Below, piece after piece: positions 11,898 through 24,975 of a stretch of 64,000 nt of DNA; the stretch's first letter is position 1; the number at the start of each line of letters is the position of its first letter. The DNA lies in the NCBI RefSeq assembly GCF_006345805.1, contig NC_043006.1, positions 90,086,001 to 90,150,000 of the forward strand, written 5' to 3'. This DNA comes from Octopus sinensis. Its lineage: Eukaryota. Under the pieces are notes generated by a model. The model did not search any database. It saw only the letters and a list, made by a program, of their open reading frames with translations, and had not been told where the DNA came from. The translations under genes were made by a program, and so were the position numbers.

Positions 11898-13708
11898 GGA
11901 GAGACAGAAAAAAAAGAGAGGGAGAGAGAAAGAAAGAGGGTGATTAGCCATCATCATCATCATCATTTTAATGTCCACTTTTCGAAGCTTTCAAAAAGTC
12001 AGACAGAATTTGTTGGGGTGAATTTTTCTGCAGTCAGATGCCTTTCCTGTTGCTGACCTTCACTTATTTCAAAACAAGTCAATATTTCCCCATGACTGGA
12101 GATATTTGAAGAGAAGATTGGAAATAAATGACTATGGTTGAATGATGGCAACACTTATTTACAACTATCATGCAATGCTAAGGCAGGTATCTCTAACACA
12201 CACACACACACACACATACGTGTGTAGATACAACAAGATTCTTTCAATTTCTGTCTATCAGTTCTGCTCACAAGGCTTTCGTCATTCTCGAGTTATAGTA
12301 CAAGATGCTTGTTATAGGCATACAGCAGAGGGATTGAAATGAAAAGCATATGACGAGTTAACAAACTTCTCAACCACACAGTCATAATAAAACTGACAAA
12401 AAAATTACAGTAAATTTGTCAAGAGTAGCAGGAAAAGTGTGAATTTGGCCATATGGCACCGCAACAGGGGCTTCAACCATGCAAAGGGAGCAGAGAATCA
12501 GTAATTGCTCCTGCCTATGCGACACCTTTGGTGCAGCACAAGCTACAGATGTGGTGGCATTTCATTATGGCAAATGTGGTGATTGCTCCTATAACCACCA
12601 TAAGGAGTCTGGTGACTTGTGGATCCAAGAAGAGTTACCCATCTGTAATCAATGAAGGCATTCACTGACAATGCAACACATCAGCGTGTGTATGTGTGTG
12701 TGTGTGAGTGTGTGCGTGTGTGCATGTGTGCGTGTGTGAAAATCCTTTTTAACAGTTGAAGTCGGAGTAGATAAAACTTTTGTTAATAGCGTGCAAATAT
12801 TGGGTTAAAAATCTGTTCAGATAGAAAAAAATCATTGACAGCCTTTAACCTTTTTTCATCAAAAGGGTTTTTTAAATCCAAATATCAAAACACTATCACT
12901 TATGGCTTTATTGACTTCAATTATGTTCTGAAGTTTCTAAATTCTTATGGCATAAACAATATGTATAAATATTTATAGAAGCATTGTAATTGGAAAAAGA
13001 TGATAGGATTTATATAAAAGTGGAATAAATTATGCCAAAAGAATGTGTGGGAAAGAGTAAGAAAGGTGACAGTGATGTCAGCTGACAGAGAGAGAGAGAG
13101 AGGTCAACTGGTAGAAGTAACAAGGTGAGGGGGGAGAGAGAGAGAAGGGAGAACAAAGTTGTCAAGATTTACATGGTAAACTTCTTTTTTTCACTCACTA
13201 TCTATCTCTAGCACTCACTCTCTGTCTATGTCTTACACTTTCTCTTACCCAACCAAAACACAACTGAGATAACTTCTAGCAGAAGGGTACATTTCCCTGA
13301 AACACACAAGTGACTCCCCACCTCCAATCACCACCAGGAAGCATGATCACTCATAGCAGCAAAAAACAGATTTTCCATTTTACCCATGCCAGCAGCATGG
13401 AAGGTGGAGACTAAGCAATGATGATTATGACAAACCCATTCATTCACTCAACATACATGGAATGAGAAATATTCCTTTCAATCGCTTGCTTCGAATAGAT
13501 TTCCATAGCAACAATTGTTGTGCCACCTCATCAGTGAGCAACAAAGCTTAATCTTTGTGAGGCAATGTGGATGTGTTATTGGAGGTAAAGAGTTGAAATT
13601 GGGTTTCTTCTAAAGTGTTGAGAGTTGTTCATGGCGATAAAGTTTAGAGACCATGCAAATGGTTTTGTAGTTATTTTATTAAATAATGACCAAGCTTGAG
13701 TTACATTA

Positions 13709-13748
<40 letters not shown>

Positions 13749-14869
13749 GTTATAAGAATGGATGATACATGTTACATAGGTTTCAGTAGTAAAGTATTTT
13801 ATTGCTGAAACATGTATTATGTCAAAGGAAATACCTTCCACACATTCAAGCCACTGCTGAGATAACAGAAATCAATTGCATTTACATTCAAATCAGTAAA
13901 ATCAGAGGAGAAAAATATCGTAGTTGAAACATCAGTGGACATGGTTAGAAAAAAGATAAGCAGTTGCTCATACATCTTGGTTGTAATACCACTGACCAGT
14001 AAAAGAAAATGGTGTGGCTGTTATAATTACATACAGGTTAGCAAAAAATTTACAGCTGTGTCAAAGACATTTGATCTGGCCCTGGCACAAAGCAATTTAT
14101 CAGGTGCCACACAAAAACCATAAAAATACAGAATTATACACTCCAAATATTAATCTGGACAAAAATACACACCTGTATAAAGAAAAATATAAAAAAAGGT
14201 AATATGAATATTTGCATCAAGAAGAGATTTAGCAGGTAAGATATTTGCTATTTTACACTTAAATATGTTAGTTGTATAAATTCAACACTGAAAATTTCCA
14301 TTTAAACAAGTCAGTAATTATATTGATATATACACACACATATGCATACATCTATGCATATACATATATACACATACGTGCATCTACACACACACACACG
14401 CGCGCACACAAAGGATTTTCGCCTAGTGACTTAATGCAATCGGTATGTACTGTAACTGCTCGCTTTGGTTTACTCCTAAAACTCCAGCTTTTTTAAGTGT
14501 TTGCTGTATACAGTGTTTGCTGTATACAGTGTTTGCTGTATCACTTTGGCTGGTTTTGAGGGTAGCTACTGCTGATAAACAGAAATTTACTGTGAAATCA
14601 CATGATACAAAAGTGTCATCCATCAGAGCTGATGAAAATTTCATCAGCTGAAAATGGTAATTGTGCGATTTTTAGCATTAGTTGTCTCTACAAGATGATT
14701 CCTCAAGAGTGTAGGGCATTTAAAATGACAATCCCATTTAGGTTGAATGTGAAAATAAATATTCATTACAAAGACTGCCTTTGTCACTAATGTCTAATAT
14801 ATATGCATGTGTATCTGTGTGTGTGTGTGTGTGTGTGTAGATAGATAGATAGATAGATAGACAGATACA

Positions 14870-14958
14870 ACATCATCATCATTGTTTAATGTCCACTTTC
14901 CATGCTGGCATGGTTTGGACGATTTGACTAAGGTCTGTGTGTGTGTGTGTGTGTGGTG

Positions 14959-14991
<33 letters not shown>

Positions 14992-15485
14992 GATAGATAG
15001 ATAGATAGACAGATACAACATCATCATCATTGTTTAATGTCCACTTTCCATGCTGGCATGGTTTGGACGATTTGACTAAGGTCTGGTGAACCAGATGGCT
15101 GCACCAGGATCCAAGCTGATCTGGCAGAGTTTCTACAGCTGGATGCCCTTCCTAAAGCCAACCACTCTGAGAGTCTAGTGGGTGCTTTTACATGCCACTG
15201 GCATGAGGGCCAGTCAGGTGGTAGTGGTAACGGCCACACGCAAATGGTATTTTTTACATGCCACCAGCAGCACTGGCAATGACCTCGCTTAAATATTTTT
15301 TCATGTGCCACTGGCACAAGTGTCAGTAAGGCGACGCTGGTAACAATCATGCTCGTATGGTGCTTTTTACATGCTACTGACATGGAAGCCAGTCAGCTGC
15401 TCTGGCAACGATCTAGCTTGGATGGTGCTCTTAGTGCTCCACTAGCACAAATGCCAGTCATCGAATTTTATTTCGATTTTGATTT
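14870..15485 (-). mobile_element. RTE 3'-tail copy with a local tandem duplication of its end
   Basis: catcatcattgtttaatgtccactttccatgctggcatgg occurs twice (near 14871 and 15019). Confidence 0.85.
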
Positions 15486-15504
15486 CATGCTTACATACAT
15501 ACAT

Positions 15505-16178
15505 ATAATAATTCCAAAAGCAAAGAAATAAAAACCCACAGTATGGTGAAAGCCATAGCCACTTATAATAAAAAAGAATACTGGTGGAATGTCCCAGGGA
15601 AATCTTCAATAAAATGTAAACACAGCAGACCTGATATAATGATTTGGGATAAAGGAAAAAAACTGTGTACAGTTGTGGAAATTAGCTGCCCAGCAGATGC
15701 TACCATAAAGCTGAAGATCAGTGAAAAAGAAAACACCTATGCTGAATTATTGAGAAGTATGCAGTTACTCTATTCAGATTACAAGTTCAGGTTAATACCT
15801 GTAATTACTGGAGCCCTTGGATATGTAACATACAGCCTAAATACCAATCTTGAAAAATTAGGCTTCTCAAAACCAGAAAGGAGAATGCTAATTCGAAGAC
15901 TACAGACGCAAGCCATCACTGGAACTGTAAAAATCTGTAAAACTTTCCAGAAGTTTATCATTTAAGTATATATGAGCATGTCTAGATATGCAACTATATG
16001 CATGAGAATAGATACATAAAACAAAACATACAAATCTGCATGTATACATACATACAAAAATATCCAGTGATTACTGTTGAAATTTCAATGAAGGCACCTT
16101 GGATCTGGGTTAGAAACCAATTCTTTCTCTATTGGCAAGAAATCTTGAAATAAAACTGAATGACATACATACATACAT
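15505..16178 (+). mobile_element. R4/Dong-clade non-LTR retrotransposon 3' fragment (restriction-like endonuclease)
   Basis: ORF 15543-15965 reads RPDIMIWDK...VEISCPAD...EKENTY...IPVITGALG...LQTQAITGTVKI (PD..E RLE signature). The 3' UTR ends at a (CATA)n run. Confidence 0.88.
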
Positions 16179-16211
16179 AGAGACCCTTATGCATATGCAC
16201 ATATGCATATA

Positions 16212-16927
16212 CAGGGGTTGGACAAAATAAAGGAAACACCTAGCATCATAGCATCATAATTTTGAAATATCTATAAAACTGCCAAAAGGTTGTTTATTTT
16301 TATGTTTTTTTACTTATTATTAGTGTGCTTAATATGTTTTGCTAAAATTGCTGTTTCTTTTCAGATATCATCAGCAAAAGGTAATTTAAATTTCATTAAA
16401 ATGACAGATCTATCAGACTTTCAAAGAGGTCAAATTGATGGTGCTCATATAGCATAATGAAAACAGCCAAAATGTTTGTTGTATCAAGAAGTATTGTCTT
16501 GATAGTCCTGACAGCCTTTGAGAAAGAGGGATAATACTTCCTCATCAAAACACAACTCCAGAAGAAAACCAAAACTTTCACTTAGGGACTGTTGGACTCT
16601 GACATGAGATGTGCAAAAGTACAGCTCCCAAAATTACTGCAGAGTTTAATGACTACCTCGAGAACCCAGTTTCCACAAAAACTGTTATTGAACATTTATG
16701 GTGCATTTTAGAAAACCAAGTAAGGAATTGATATCCTCCACCATCATCACTACAAGACTGTTTTAGCTGAAGAATGGACAAAAATTCCTTTGGAAACAAT
16801 TCAAACTCTGTATGAGTCCATACCTCATAGAATTCAGGCTGTAATTGCTGCCAAAGTGGTTGTACTCCATATTAAAATAAATTTGTTTGAAATTTTAAGA
16901 TGTTTCCATCATTTTGTTCAACCCCTG
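16212..16927 (+). mobile_element. Internally deleted Tc1-family DNA transposon
   Basis: 27-bp TIRs (16212-16238 and 16901-16927, 3 mismatches) with TA on the left. Remnant translation DLSDFQRGQI...TAPKITAEFNDYLENPVSTKT...IEHLWCILE...YESIPHRIQAVIAAK. Confidence 0.92.
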
Positions 16928-17849
16928 TGTGTGTGTGTGTGTACATACACACATACATGCAAGCAAATATATAAACTGAAATTTAGTTACTGTTTTGGTA
17001 ATTCAGAACCACATACAAAACTGTAGACTGTTCACACAAGTAAATTCATCAAATGAAATTAATAAGAAATTGTTGAAGGAGAAATATAAACCAAAAAGAT
17101 TAGAAAGAGTTGGCCAAGTGAAAGATTATCCAATGAAGTATTTATACTGAGGAAATGGGTTAACAGATTTAATTGAAAACATTTAAAGAATGACAATTGG
17201 GAAAACCACCATTAAGTAAGTGTATACTGTAAGGTACATAAATATAATGTGTATACACAAGGTATATATATACCCTTGAAATCACATACATACATTGATA
17301 ATGGACAAACATATGAAAGGAAAATGTTTTCTACAATATTTCTGTTACCAGCAAATATATAGATACACACACACACACACACACACACATGTATATATGC
17401 ACATATACATACACAGATCAATATACATATATGCATATGGATAAACACACTAGCTATCTATCTATATACACACACACAGGTCCATATATTTAAAACAAAT
17501 CACGAAAAATATGAAAAATGTAGATGAGAAAATAATAATAATCAAAATACGATGAAAAGTAACAAAAAAACCTGAAGGAAAATGAAATATATGTCAGAGT
17601 TGACGAAATGGCATAAGTCGTTTAGTTGTAAGAAAATAAGGATCCACACATGAAATGCTAAGTAAAAAGTAATAAATCCCATGAGAAAATTAAGAAGAGA
17701 AGATAATTAGTTGTTTAAATTAACTTAATGAGCCATCAGAATTTGTTACAGAAGGAAGTTTCCTTGAGTCTCTTTCTACATCACATAATCACTTCATTGA
17801 TTTTCTTTATTATATTACTTTTACACTCCTCAATGGCCTTAATTTCAGC

Positions 17850-18115
17850 AATACACAGTATTAGATCCCGTAGATGGCCAGATGTACAATAAAGTAAGCT
17901 TCTGAGCAATCTAAATGTTTCTGCTTTAATTCCCAGTCTTTTAGAAATAATGATGTGTTCCTTGTCTCACCCTCAGCTTTAAAAATTTGAAGATGGTTAT
18001 GTAAGCAGACCTTAACGTCAGTGCCAGTTGCACCTATGTAAACGTAGTCTGTTAGTAGTAATTACTATAAAACAATATTACTAGTTAAACATTTATTATG
18101 CAAAGGACAGCCAGA
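17850..18115 (-). pseudogene. Decayed Penelope-like GIY-YIG endonuclease fragment
   Basis: Minus-strand translation GCPLHNKCLTSNIV...(stops/frameshift)...DYVYIGATGTDVKVCLHNH resembles the PLE motif CPLxGKCLxxNIVY...YIGxTxxxFKxRYxNH. Confidence 0.6.
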
Positions 18116-18441
18116 AGGATATGAATATTTAAATGTGAACTCATAAAGAGAGGTTGTTGATGGGTCTGGCTGAAAAGAGGGGATTTGTGGGGTCAGTGGT
18201 ATGCTGTCTGGACACAAGGTTAAGTTAGATGAATCTGAGTTGAGTCGCGGGGAGGGGGGAAGATATATGTTGTAAGGTCAGTGACACCCACTGACTCCAT
18301 GACACAACACTAACGATGTGTCCAAGCATTGCATCTGTAGGTGAACTCATACATACATACATACATACGCACATACATACATACATACATACATACATAC
18401 TTACATACATACATACGCACATACATACATACATACGCACA

Positions 18442-18472
<31 letters not shown>

Positions 18473-19113
18473 CAAAATAAGCAACAGGATATCATGAAGT
18501 GATGCAGTATGACCATTTCAAGTGGCTCCATTTAATTGAGCAGTGCAATCATTACTTCAATTTAAATGCAGGACCATCATCAGTTGCACAAATAAACATA
18601 ATTTTAACAAGTTAATATAATTTTACTCAAATACTTAAACAGAGCAAGAAGATGGAAGAAATCCATGTTGTCACTATTGTAGCTAAGAATATACTACACT
18701 TCCAAGAAAGGCATGAAGCTTACTGGGATCATAGCTTGTAAAGGGATTGTAGTTCATTTCTAATTTTTTTGTCTTTTTAACAACAATTAAATCTAAGACT
18801 AGAGGACTGTGTCTGTTTGGAATGAAGAGCAAGAGTGAGTTGACAGCTCATGGCTAGGTATGGTCATAAATATTGTCAAGATATTATTAGTAAATTCAGT
18901 ACAAAGTAACTGTCTATAAAGGAGGTTGGAGAGGGGAAGACCCTAAATCATGGTGTTAATCACCAGTTAAAGGGGCAAGATGCTAATAAAACCTATGATG
19001 TTAATACAGAGGAAATTTTATCATGGGGTACTGTTTATAAACAATATTGTTATGTTGTATAAAGATAAAATTTAGGATTATCAAAAATGATATCATAACT
19101 AAAATCAGTAAAA

Positions 19114-19144
<31 letters not shown>

Positions 19145-21254
19145 CAATATTCAACATTAAAAAGGAAAGATTATATAGAATCAGTTTAATATTCATTCAT
19201 GTACTTATTTATTTATTAGGTAGTTTCTATAAAGATAGAAAAAGAATGGCATCAGTTTAATTAAAAATGTTTTAATAATATGAATTAAAAAATAATAAAT
19301 TAAACTGATTAGAACTACCAATGAAGTCATTTGTTTTCTTTTTCAAATACAACCAACTGTACCCAGGATCTCACGCATTTTCCAATATATATATATAGAG
19401 AAAGAGAGAGACAGAGAGAGAGAGAGAGACAGACAGAGTGAGAGAAAGTTTACAGATAAGACCCAGAGATGCTCAATATAGAAAACATTTAGTAGCACTC
19501 AAATGATTTGAACTTACATTCTGAAACCTGAAGATGGAGGCTGGATGTACCTAATGTTTATATGCTTCCATTACTGGCTGCATATCCTAAAGTTTTTGCA
19601 AACTATATCTTCCATAATTATCATGTAATTCTGAGCCCCACCAAAACAGCTGGACCTGTAACACCATACCTTCCCCCTTAATTTTTGGTGATTCTGTACT
19701 CTATGTAAATTTGCCCTGTTAATATATGAATATTCATGAATTCATACAACATGAATATTCATCATCTGATATTTTCAGTCTTTCTTTTCTCTCTATTTAC
19801 ATGTATGCATCATTTATATATCCAACCCAAGCAGTTCTATTTGTTTATTTGCCTCATTATCTTCTCACCACACTGTCATGTCTGCACATATACATATACA
19901 CACACATATACACAAACACACATGTACATACATACATACATATATATATATATATTATATATATATATATATTATATATATATATATATGCACACACACA
20001 CACACATACAAACACATGCACACACGTAAAGGATATTGTATCCTTTGCAGAGTTTGCTATTGAATGTTAAGTTAACAAAATCAATTCTATTCTTATTATC
20101 ATTGAATTTAGTTTTGGTGGACTTGTGACTGGATTTATACCAGTGCCTCTTCGTTCAACTCATGTACCAAACATAAGATACAATACACAAGAACAGTCCA
20201 GTTAGAATTCAATAAACTAAATGTTTTGCCATATGGAAATTTTTGTTTTGGCTGACAAAATTAGCAGACCATGGTCCACAATCATTTTCTTGATTTGCAG
20301 CATGTCACACATGATATATTCAACCAACAGTTTGGTTTTTGTTCTTATTTAGCTCCAGGTCAGCAATGAATGGGCAGACCTATGAGCAAGGGCATTCCAG
20401 CCCTGACAATTCCATCATTTTTTAGACACATCTTAGGACTATATCAACCTACTTTTTGAAGAGATTTGAGTGCTATTTCTTGCAAGATAGGCAACCATGC
20501 AGCAGCTCCCTCTTAGGTTCAGGGTGTTTTTAAGTCGCTTTAGCTGTTTCAGCTTTGATTGAGCAAACTTTTATATTCAAAAGCACTCCAGTCATGACCA
20601 TCCTGACTTGTTGTATGCCAGAAACTACATTTTCCAATAAACCCTGTGTTTTTTAAAGATAGCAGGATGAATTTTACAGGAGATTTGGTAGCTATTTCTA
20701 GTATAGAGAGGTTTGCATAATATTTGTAAATACTATTGTCTCAACAAGTTGCATTCTGCCGTATTTACAAGTTGTAGCTGAAAGTTTGCTTTTGTACGAT
20801 GCTCGCATATTCTGCAATATTCTCAGTAAGTCATGACTGCTGCAAACACCACAACAAGGATCTAATTCGATTTCTATTCTTTGAATTTTAAAACTTTTTA
20901 TTTGATCGTATCTTAGCAAATTATTTGGAAAAATATTTTGCTTTGTTTTGTTTTTATACTTTTTTACAAAGTTGTATTTGAACAAATTTAAAGCAGAAAT
21001 TTATGATTAACAAAAGAAGAATGTGGAGAGGTTTTTCCATTTGCTGGAATTTGAAATAAGACAACACTGATGAAATAAGACAATATAATTTGGGATGAGA
21101 ACCAACAGAGTCATCTGAAAGAAAAAAATGCTGGAGATTTAATTTAAATTCCTTCCGCTGTATCAGAGATGGTAATAAAGTGCCAATTCCATTGTGGCAG
21201 TTTAAATCAAATATTTCTCCTGGGAACAAAAATCTAATGAAAAATCATTCTTAC

Positions 21255-21922
21255 CTGAGCATGTTATAGGCAGTAGTCGCACGAAGAGTTGTCGGTCCGA
21301 AATTTGTAATTAAGCGCCGGTGTAAGCTCTCTTTGGTAAGAGCAATGCTAACAGAAACACTGTCATCAACAACTCTCAGAATAACTTCAATATTGAAATT
21401 TTTCATATCAACATTCCAGTCAAAATAAGTTTGTATTGCGCCACCAAAATTCGCTGCTGCAATCATTGAGCTGAAGGCGTGATTTTCACCACTTCTGTGA
21501 CAAGTGACTCGAAATGTTGGTTTTGTTGGATCAAAAGGCCTTTTTGATTTCTTGGTGGGTTTTGCTTCAGTGACCTCAGCAGTGATATTAGCAGAACTCT
21601 TGTCAACTTTCTCCTCCATATTCACATCAGACTCTATCAATTCCTCACTAACTTTAGCTGCATCATCTCCCTTATTTGTATTTTCATTCTCTTCCCTCTT
21701 GCATCTTTTTTTCTTTTTGCCATAATCATTTCTATTAGATTTTTCTTGCTTTGGTTTCAGTGGGATTGCCGAAGCAGGAATGACTCTTCCAAAATCAACA
21801 GGATATGTAACTGGCTTCTCAGATATTGGCAAATGAAACGAATAAACTTGAGACCAAACCTTTATGCCCATTCTCCAATCAACATTTTCAACTAAATATT
21901 GAAGCTGTTTCATGCATCCTTC
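21255..21922 (-). CDS. THUMPD3: Internal coding exon of THUMP domain-containing protein 3 (tRNA guanine-N2 methyltransferase)
   Basis: Translation includes FRVTCHRSGENHAFSSMIAAANFGGAIQTYFDWNVDMKNFNIEVIL...IALTKESLHRRLITNFGPTTLRATTAYNMLR, closely matching the THUMPD3 segment I recall (FRVTCNRAGEKHCF...ESLHRRNITHFGPTTLRSTLAYGMLR). Acceptor tttcttcttttgcag|GAA (phase 0) at 21922; donor CTCAG|gtaag (phase 2) at 21255. Confidence 0.92.
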
Positions 21923-22529
21923 CTGCAAAAGAAGAAAATATCATCATCATCAGCATCATCATAGTTGTTGTCAGGCAAATTGGTAGAATCATTAGGACAA
22001 AAATGCTCTCCAGCTCTTTACATTCTGAGTTCAAGAAACAGATGAAACCAACTTTGCTTTCCATTCTTTTTTTTGGGGGGGGGGGGGGCAATGCAGTCAA
22101 GTGCAGGGGGTTAATGCTATCAGGTAATCCACTCCTCTGTACCTAAATTAAGAACTATTATTATTATTATTATTATTACTATAATTGCCAAAAAGCAGTC
22201 TCTTGCTCCTGCAGGGAAGGTGGGGGTTGATTCTTCAGACTAAAGTAAGATTGTAAAATTGGGGAACCCGTAAAAACAGATATGAAAAGACATTGGTAAT
22301 TTCTTTATTTGATGAGTCAAACCTTTAGCTATTCATCTGAGGCCTAAGTACCACTGGTTTTTAGTAATGATTTTTCCAGTCTAAAACTTCATCTGATCAC
22401 GTTTCCTCAGCATTTTGTTGGAATCTACAGTTTATTGCTTTTCTAGTTTCGCATTCTTTACAATGTATCATTCCCCCCCCCTTTGACCTTCTTTTACAGT
22501 TTTTCTATTTTGATATTAATATTATATCA

Positions 22530-23170
22530 ATAAGTATTGAGAGAAAAGTTGGGCATAAGAGGCATCAGCTGTAGTGGACAAAGAGAGACGACTGCATTGG
22601 CATGGTCATGTGATGCATATGGATGTGGACAGCTGTGTGAAGAAGTGCCGATCTCTACCAGTGGAAGAGGGAGACCCAGGAAGACAAGAGGGAGACACAG
22701 GAAGCTGTGGAAGAAGAAGACTCAGGGAGACCCAGGAAGACAAGGTGGTGAAGCATGATCTTCAAACATTGGGCCTCACAGAGGCAATGACTAGTGACTG
22801 AGACCTTTAATGATATGATGTGCTTGAGAAAATCTGTCAAGTGAAACCATAGTTGTGGTCAAGGCTGGTTTCATGTAACTGGCATGTAAAAAGCGAATGC
22901 TAGGCCTCACAGAAGCAATGACAAATGGCTGAGGCCTTTGGCATTATGCTGTGCTTGAGAAGGAAGATCCGTCAAGCCAAGTGACAGATACTGGTGTCAT
23001 GCAAATGGCATGTAAAAGCACCCATTACACTCTTGGAGTGGTTAGCATTAGGAAAGGCATCCAGCTGTAGAAACCACACCAAATCAGACTGGAATCAAGT
23101 GCAACCCCTCAGCTTACCAGCCCTGGTCAACCCATGCAGATGGACAAATGGACACTAAATGATAATGAGG
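22530..23170 (+). mobile_element. Decayed RTE 3' fragment (ORF end plus 3' UTR)
   Basis: RRLHWHGHVMHMD..CVKKC and GRGRPRKT remnants, a short internal duplication near 22670-22745, then the shared RTE tail. Confidence 0.85.
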
Positions 23171-24606
23171 ATAGTGATGTCCAACTTTCCTAACATCATT
23201 TCAATGAAAATAAAACCAATTTTTACTGAGTTCAGAAAGTGCTTGAAACAAAAATTAAGTTGGTGTCTGATTTCAAAGAAAACCTTTTTCTTTTTGGAGA
23301 ATGCACTAAAGACAAGGGAATTGATCATTCCATGGATTTTGTCTCAATGGGAAAGGATTCAATCATTAATAAAATTGCTTGTCCCATATCAACATAAACA
23401 GTGTTTTACTGCTAAAACATGTAAAAGTTAAAGAAGTGCTAACAGATGTTAATCAATCTCATTGCTTATCTATCAATTTCGGAATCGGTTAAATATAATT
23501 CTTCAACCAATACCCAGCATGTTTGCTCTTGATACTTCTTACTCTTCCATTGTTATACCTTTTAGTTCACATTTTATTGGTTGTAAGAATCTAATATCTG
23601 CTTTAAACACCAATTTTTTTATCCAGAATTTTTTTTTTTATTGTATACAATGATTTTCAATACTACTCTATCTTCTAAAAGAGCAAAAAAGAGTCCGAAA
23701 CAAAAATGGCAGTAGCAGTGGAAAAACTTCTTTGAAATAGGGGGGAAAAAAATCCTCTACTCTTGGAATGTATAAAAATAACTTCAAAGATAAACAGAAT
23801 TAAAAAAACAAACAGGTAACAAATTACTATAAAACAAAAATATGCACTTTAAGTACAGACGGTCATGATTTAATACTTGCAAACACAAATTTGCATAACA
23901 TAAAACTGAAACAACAACAACAGCAGCACAATACACTTGTTATGAAATGAAAAAAAACAATGGAAAATACAGCAGAATAAATGGAGACTGTGAACTGTAA
24001 AAGAGGTCTAATGTTTCCAGCTTTCTCTTAGAGGAACTACATGAAACAAATTCAGAATATATGAATAATTTGGAGAAGAAAATTCTTCCTGGCAGAGCAG
24101 TGTGACAAAGCAGAGTACATCAATAACTTAATCCTTAAGAAAATAATAAAAAAATAAAACCATATTTCTGAGTCTTGAAAGACACAGGGCCATTTCTTAT
24201 AACCCTGAAAAAGCAACTGCAGTCAGCTGTGATGTGGAGAGGGATCTTTCAACATTTTCCAACTTTTAATGTGTTTAGATAATTTTAGATCAGTTGCTTT
24301 TAGACATGCATTTTTTTGTTATTCCTTATAAAAAACAAAGATCAGAAATGATGTCCATATATTGCAAGGAGACAAAACTAAGTAGTTGACCTGGGAGTAA
24401 AATGCAACAGTTGTTGTAAAATTTGATCTCACAACTGTGTTACTAAGTCGTCAGATCTCTTTATCTCTCTCACTTTTTACACAAACACGCATGCATGTAC
24501 ATACACGTGCACGTATGGCTAAATGGTTGAAAAGCTTGCTAACCAACCATTCAGGTTCAGTTCAACTGCATGATATCTTGGGACAAATAGATTTGGCAGA
24601 GGGAAA

Positions 24607-24975
24607 CATCGTTTAACATCCACTTTCCATGCTCGTATGGGTTGGATGGTTTGACTGAGGACTGGCAAGCAAGAAGGCTGCACCAGGTTCCAATCTGATC
24701 TGGCAAAGTTTCTGTAGCTGGATGCCCTTCCTAATACCAACTACTCTGAGAGTGTAGTGGGTGCTTTTTACATGCCACCAGCATGGGGGCCAGTCAGGCA
24801 GTACTGGCATTGGCCACAACTACAATCTCACTTGACTTGCCAGGTCCTCTCAATCACAGCATATCTCAAAAGGTCTCAGTCGCTTGTCATTGCCCCTGTG
24901 AGGCCCAACATTCAAAGGTCGTGCTTCACCACCTCATCCCATGTCTTCCTGGGTCGACCTCTTCCACGGGTTCCT
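24607..24975 (-). mobile_element. RTE 3' fragment
   Basis: catcgtttaacatccactttccatg through cccatgtcttcctgggtcgacctcttccacggg (the RGRPRKTW region). Confidence 0.85.

Noticed and set aside
12421-12670. GC-richer island with several 50-70 aa open frames
   Set aside because: No recognisable motif or convincing splice-site pair in any frame.
14496-14541. 16-bp unit agtgtttgctgtatac repeated three times
   Set aside because: Head-to-tail with no spacers: a simple minisatellite, not CRISPR-like.
14627-14649. Perfect 23-nt palindrome agctgatgaaa-a-tttcatcagct containing CTGATGA on both strands
   Set aside because: No stem II/GAAA/NUH arrangement, so not a hammerhead; an isolated palindrome of unknown meaning.
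16075-16135. Hammerhead-like ...caATGA...GAAAccaaTTC in the R4 3' UTR
   Set aside because: The core CUGA is absent and the stems pair poorly.
20698-20985. ORF with DPCCG just downstream of the THUMPD3 exon, superficially like the DPMCG motif
   Set aside because: The flanking residues do not match THUMPD3 (no GxGxIPIE) and I saw no suitable phase-2 acceptor.
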